From Eutreptiella sp. 'Long Island Sound 2002' (Eukaryota > Protista > Euglenida), in the NCBI GenBank assembly GCA_964036045.1, contig OZ038378.1, forward strand, positions 108,934,001 to 108,998,000: DNA of 64,000 nucleotides. The letters are read 5' to 3'. Both the position numbers and the translations under genes were made by a program. This document shows, piece by piece, positions 60,561-64,000 of the stretch (positions are counted from its first letter, which is position 1; each line of letters begins with the position of its first letter). The notes beneath the pieces are model-generated. The model did no database searches, was not told where the DNA came from, and worked only from the letters and a program-made list of their open reading frames with translations.

Positions 60561-62074
60561 GCACCCCTCCTCCATCCCTCACTAGGACAAACAAGATAAA
60601 ACACTTGGCACAAAGCATTTTTCGGCTTTCTTCACACAAACTCCTCAATGTCTCAGGCCTTGGCTGCCTCCAGTCCCAAAAGCCCTTGCTCCAGGGCGTT
60701 CATGGACATGCAATGGTGCATGTGGCGGAGGGACATACTTGGCCTCACCAAGGACCAAGCGTTGAAACAATTTTTGAGCCTCCTCTTGTAAGGCCCATGC
60801 CTATACTCTGTTGGGACGAAGGAAAACTGAAAAAAAGTTCTCCACTTCTGAGCAAAAAAACTGGAATGTGCCAAGCACCAATGGATCCACCCGGTGGGGG
60901 ACCAACCTGAGTCTCCCCCACCTTTTGAAAACTTTGTGGTCACCGCACGGTATCGTTGCACTTGGGTTAGGGTGTACATATCCCTCACTCTGCAAAGCTC
61001 ATACAAACCCTCAGTGCATTTCACCATGACATGCTGAACAACCCATAATGGAGGTCCACCAGGGGTCCTCACCGAGTGGACATGCTCCTTGAGGCAATCC
61101 ACAAATTGCCTTTGGAAGGGGGGGGAGGTGAGGAAAACTTTGGTGCTCGTAAGATCAAAATGTTTTTCCTTGGCCCTTGAGGCCGAGGGGAGACGTTCCC
61201 TCAGAGGAATGCCTGAGGTCTCATCCTTGAGGGCTTGTTTGAAGGCTTGCAAAGCTCCAAGAGGCTGGGCCTTACCACGGGTACCATGGGGGAGGGCCTG
61301 AAGGGTGGTCTCAACGCGCTTTGCAATGCCATTTATAATGCGGCATGCTGCATGTCTGTAGTCCCCAGGCCGTCTGTCAGGGGTCACACATCTCAAAAAT
61401 GCCCCCCATCTAGAGGAGGACTCCACCCCCTTTTGCTCAACAATACCATTGGGGTCTTTGCACAACGTACACTTCGAGCCAGCCCCCCCCATTGCTTGCA
61501 TCCCCTTCCCATCCCCGGTCAAAATGGCAATGCAAGTCAACAATTGGTTTTCAAAGAGGACAATGCCCTCCTCCACCTCCATCACCTCTTGGTTGAGGTT
61601 GGGGGAGATGTCCAGGCTTCTCAAAAAAGCTTGTTCATACCCACCGTCCATGCCAAACCACGAGGCTTATAGCTTCACCTTCGAAGCATATTTTGCCCCC
61701 TGCCATACCTTGACCCGTACATCCGCAGGGGTAGAGGATGCCTTCCACAAGGAAGTCGCATCAACTGAAATGACAACAATGGCAACGCCGCTAGGGGTTT
61801 CCCAGGGTTTCCCAATAACTCGGGCCATAGATATTGCATCTTGCACAATTGACTGCAAATGCACCTGAGCAGCTGCCCTATTGCTGCCTGTAGTGGACCT
61901 TACAATAGTTGCTCGGGGAGAGTGGGCATGATGTGTTGCCGAACGGTCCTTAGGTCCCGTTGGGTACAACGGCGGGGGATTCGCAAAAGGGCCCGCTGGG
62001 AAAGATGCATGCTGCATGCCATGCGTAGCATGCTCAGGGCCTCATGCTCCTGAGCTGTGAATGCAGGAGGGGGT

Positions 62075-63033
62075 GGGTCACGGTCCGTCACGTACCGTCA
62101 CGGTCCGTCACGGTAGCGACCGCCAAGGGACTATTTTTTTTACAAAAGCACTGGTTCACATTGTTTGCTCTTGCATGTTACACAACATCACCGGTTGGGG
62201 TCTAGGTTACAGTAATTTGTGTCCTTTGCATGGACCTAGCTATCTTTTTTGATCATGCCACCCAAACGCAAGGCTGAATCGGAGGAAGTTATTCGACGGA
62301 AGAGGGCCAAACAAAAGGAGAAACGGCAAGCAGCAAAACAAGATGTCCACTACCGTGGCCTTACCGACGAAGAGAAGAGGATAGCTTTGACATTGTTGGA
62401 GGTGCGCCCAAATAAAATGGTCAAGCGGTCCGGGGGGCCTTGCCCGGATTTTGGTGGTACGGCTAGTGTGTTACGGAACCCGCCTTACAACTGGCCAAAA
62501 CCATACGAAGAGTTCGGGGAGGAGGCCTTCCAAAAAAGGTTGAATGTGATGCTTCAAATTGTGGCATTTGTGATGCGCAGAAAATGGAAATTTGCTCCTT
62601 ATGGTCCTTGGGAACACACACCTCAGGATATGGTACCCGTGACTATCGATATGAATGATTTGGATGAACCACCCGCTGGCTCCAGCTCTAGCTCCAGCTC
62701 AAGCTCTAGCTCTAGCTCGGCCCCGGGAACAACTTTTGGACCATGGGCAGGTACAAACCAGGAAGAAGAAGAGCATGACTCATGTGAGGAGTTTGACAAC
62801 CCCAATTGGTTGCATGAATGTACTATGGCCCAAAGGCGCAAGACTCGTAGCAATGCTTCTATTTTGTTGCCGCACATGCAATAATTCGAAACAAGCCGTC
62901 AAGACAAGAATTAGAGTTGTAGCTCCTTGCTCCTGTGCACTGTTACATGCCCCATGGCCCTAAGGGAAACCGCAATCATTTTCGGCTGGTCGGGTCACGG
63001 TCCGTCACGGTCCGTCACGGTCCGTCACGGTAG
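62075..63033. mobile_element. Cassette bounded by 42-bp direct repeats built from the GTCACGGTCC unit
   Basis: GGGTCACGGTCCGTCACG..CCGTCACGGTCCGTCACGGTAG at 62075-62116 and 62992-63033. Confidence 0.75.
62255..62884 (+). CDS. Intact hypothetical protein with basic NLS-like N-terminus, Ser tract and acidic tail
   Basis: MPPKRKAESEEVIRRKRAKQKEKR..., uninterrupted ~209-aa frame inside the cassette. Confidence 0.68.
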   Translation: MPPKRKAESEEVIRRKRAKQKEKRQAAKQDVHYRGLTDEEKRIALTLLEVRPNKMVKRSGGPCPDFGGTASVLRNPPYNWPKPYEEFGEEAFQKRLNVMLQIVAFVMRRKWKFAPYGPWEHTPQDMVPVTIDMNDLDEPPAGSSSSSSSSSSSSSAPGTTFGPWAGTNQEEEEHDSCEEFDNPNWLHECTMAQRRKTRSNASILLPHMQ

Positions 63034-64000
63034 ATTACCCACCCCCAGATGGCCACCAAGTGGGGCAGAGAGGGCTGTGCAAGACCCACCACTTAAACAA
63101 ACTTCTCCCTAGGTGTTGGGGCCACACACAATGTGGGATCCCCCAAGAGCACTCAAACCTGCCTCTGAGCAGCCTTCAACCGCCGCCGCTGGGCTGCCAC
63201 CTTGGCCACCTTCGATGGCTTGGGGGAGGGGGTCGGGGCTTTACCCTTGGGGGTGGGGGGGGGGACCCTCCTCCGACTCCATCACCACCACCTTGCTCCC
63301 CCGCTTTGTGGGCTTTGCACCCTTGGGCGCATAGGATTGGGCCCACGAAGCGGTTGCATCACGCACAATGGGGGGGGGGGTCATACCCCCCCACCTGGCC
63401 CCCTGTTCAGCTTCTGCCACACTTCCCGCTAAGTGTACTCCCCTGATGCATGCTTCATCAACGAAGCACAGCCTCATCAAAAAATAGTTTTTGAGTTGGG
63501 GGGGGTCACTCATCCCAAACAAACACAAAAAAGCCGTATCCGTTTCCCCCTGAGCCACATTCGGCCACTTGGCCGTTTCCCCCCCAACCCACACATAGGA
63601 GGGGAGGGTGAGGTTGGTCTTCCTCTCTAACCCCCCCCCCCTCCTTTTTCGTGATGGTGACCTGCCGGTACCATCCGGTCCCCCCTTGCCAGCAGACCTC
63701 GTCCGCCGGCTCCCCCAACCGCCACGCTGCCCTCTCCGGCAGCATCTTGATCTCGTCCCCCTCCAGCTCCGCAAGGGCCGCCACCAGCTTGGCGGCCCAG
63801 ACTCCAGCTGCTTCTGTTGCTGCTGCCGCGGTTGCCTCGGCGGCCTCCTTGACGAACAGACGCGGCGGCTGCAGGATTGTGGCCTGGGAAGAAAGAAAAA
63901 AAAGACACGCGATAACTACTGCAATAACTTGCGCGATAACTTAGCACGATAACCCCCGCGATAACCCCCACGACACCGCCCGCAATAACTAGTAAGAACG

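Larger units (their letters stand above)
60653..63160 (-). pseudogene. F4 RAG1/Transib/CMC-like transposase, interrupted by a ~950-bp cassette
   Basis: ISVDATSLW, LTGDGKGM...KCTLC, PGDYRHAACR, WIHWCLAH, VPTEYRHGPYK. The N-terminal piece (LLGDPTLCV...AIWGW) beyond 63033 resembles the F1 transposase N-terminus. Confidence 0.82.

Noticed and set aside
62075-63033. Canonical GT-AG intron
   Set aside because: No AG at the required minus-strand 3' boundary.

Overview
Repeat-saturated eukaryotic DNA made almost entirely of nested, mostly decayed mobile elements; no host housekeeping gene, rRNA, intact tRNA or CRISPR array is recognisable. Inference only: a large-genome protist, possibly a euglenid, from polypyrimidine/YAG acceptors directly before element ATGs. 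The main signal is six copies, in four families, of DDE transposases carrying the motifs of the RAG1/Transib/CMC (CACTA-Mirage-Chapaev) group: D...GDG/ADG...CxxC...DxxH...HxxxxH...E. Two unrelated families (F1, three copies, about 6.7 kb by eye without secondary insertions; F2, one 4.7-kb copy) each carry a co-oriented PhyH-like 2OG-Fe(II) dioxygenase gene upstream of the transposase. Four insertions that can be compared with an empty site or show matching flanks have a 2-bp CA/TG target-site duplication. Also present: Ty3/gypsy-like pol fragments with a Dam-like methyltransferase domain between protease and RT, a 5'-truncated LINE with C-terminal RNase H and a tRNA-derived segment, a 3.2-kb foldback element, a roughly 26-kb diverged tail-to-tail inverted duplication (8837-34910), and an ORF-bearing cassette bounded by 10-bp-unit direct repeats whose removal restores a transposase frame. 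All protein family calls are from motifs read by eye, not database searches. Many frameshifts could be decay or homopolymer sequencing error.
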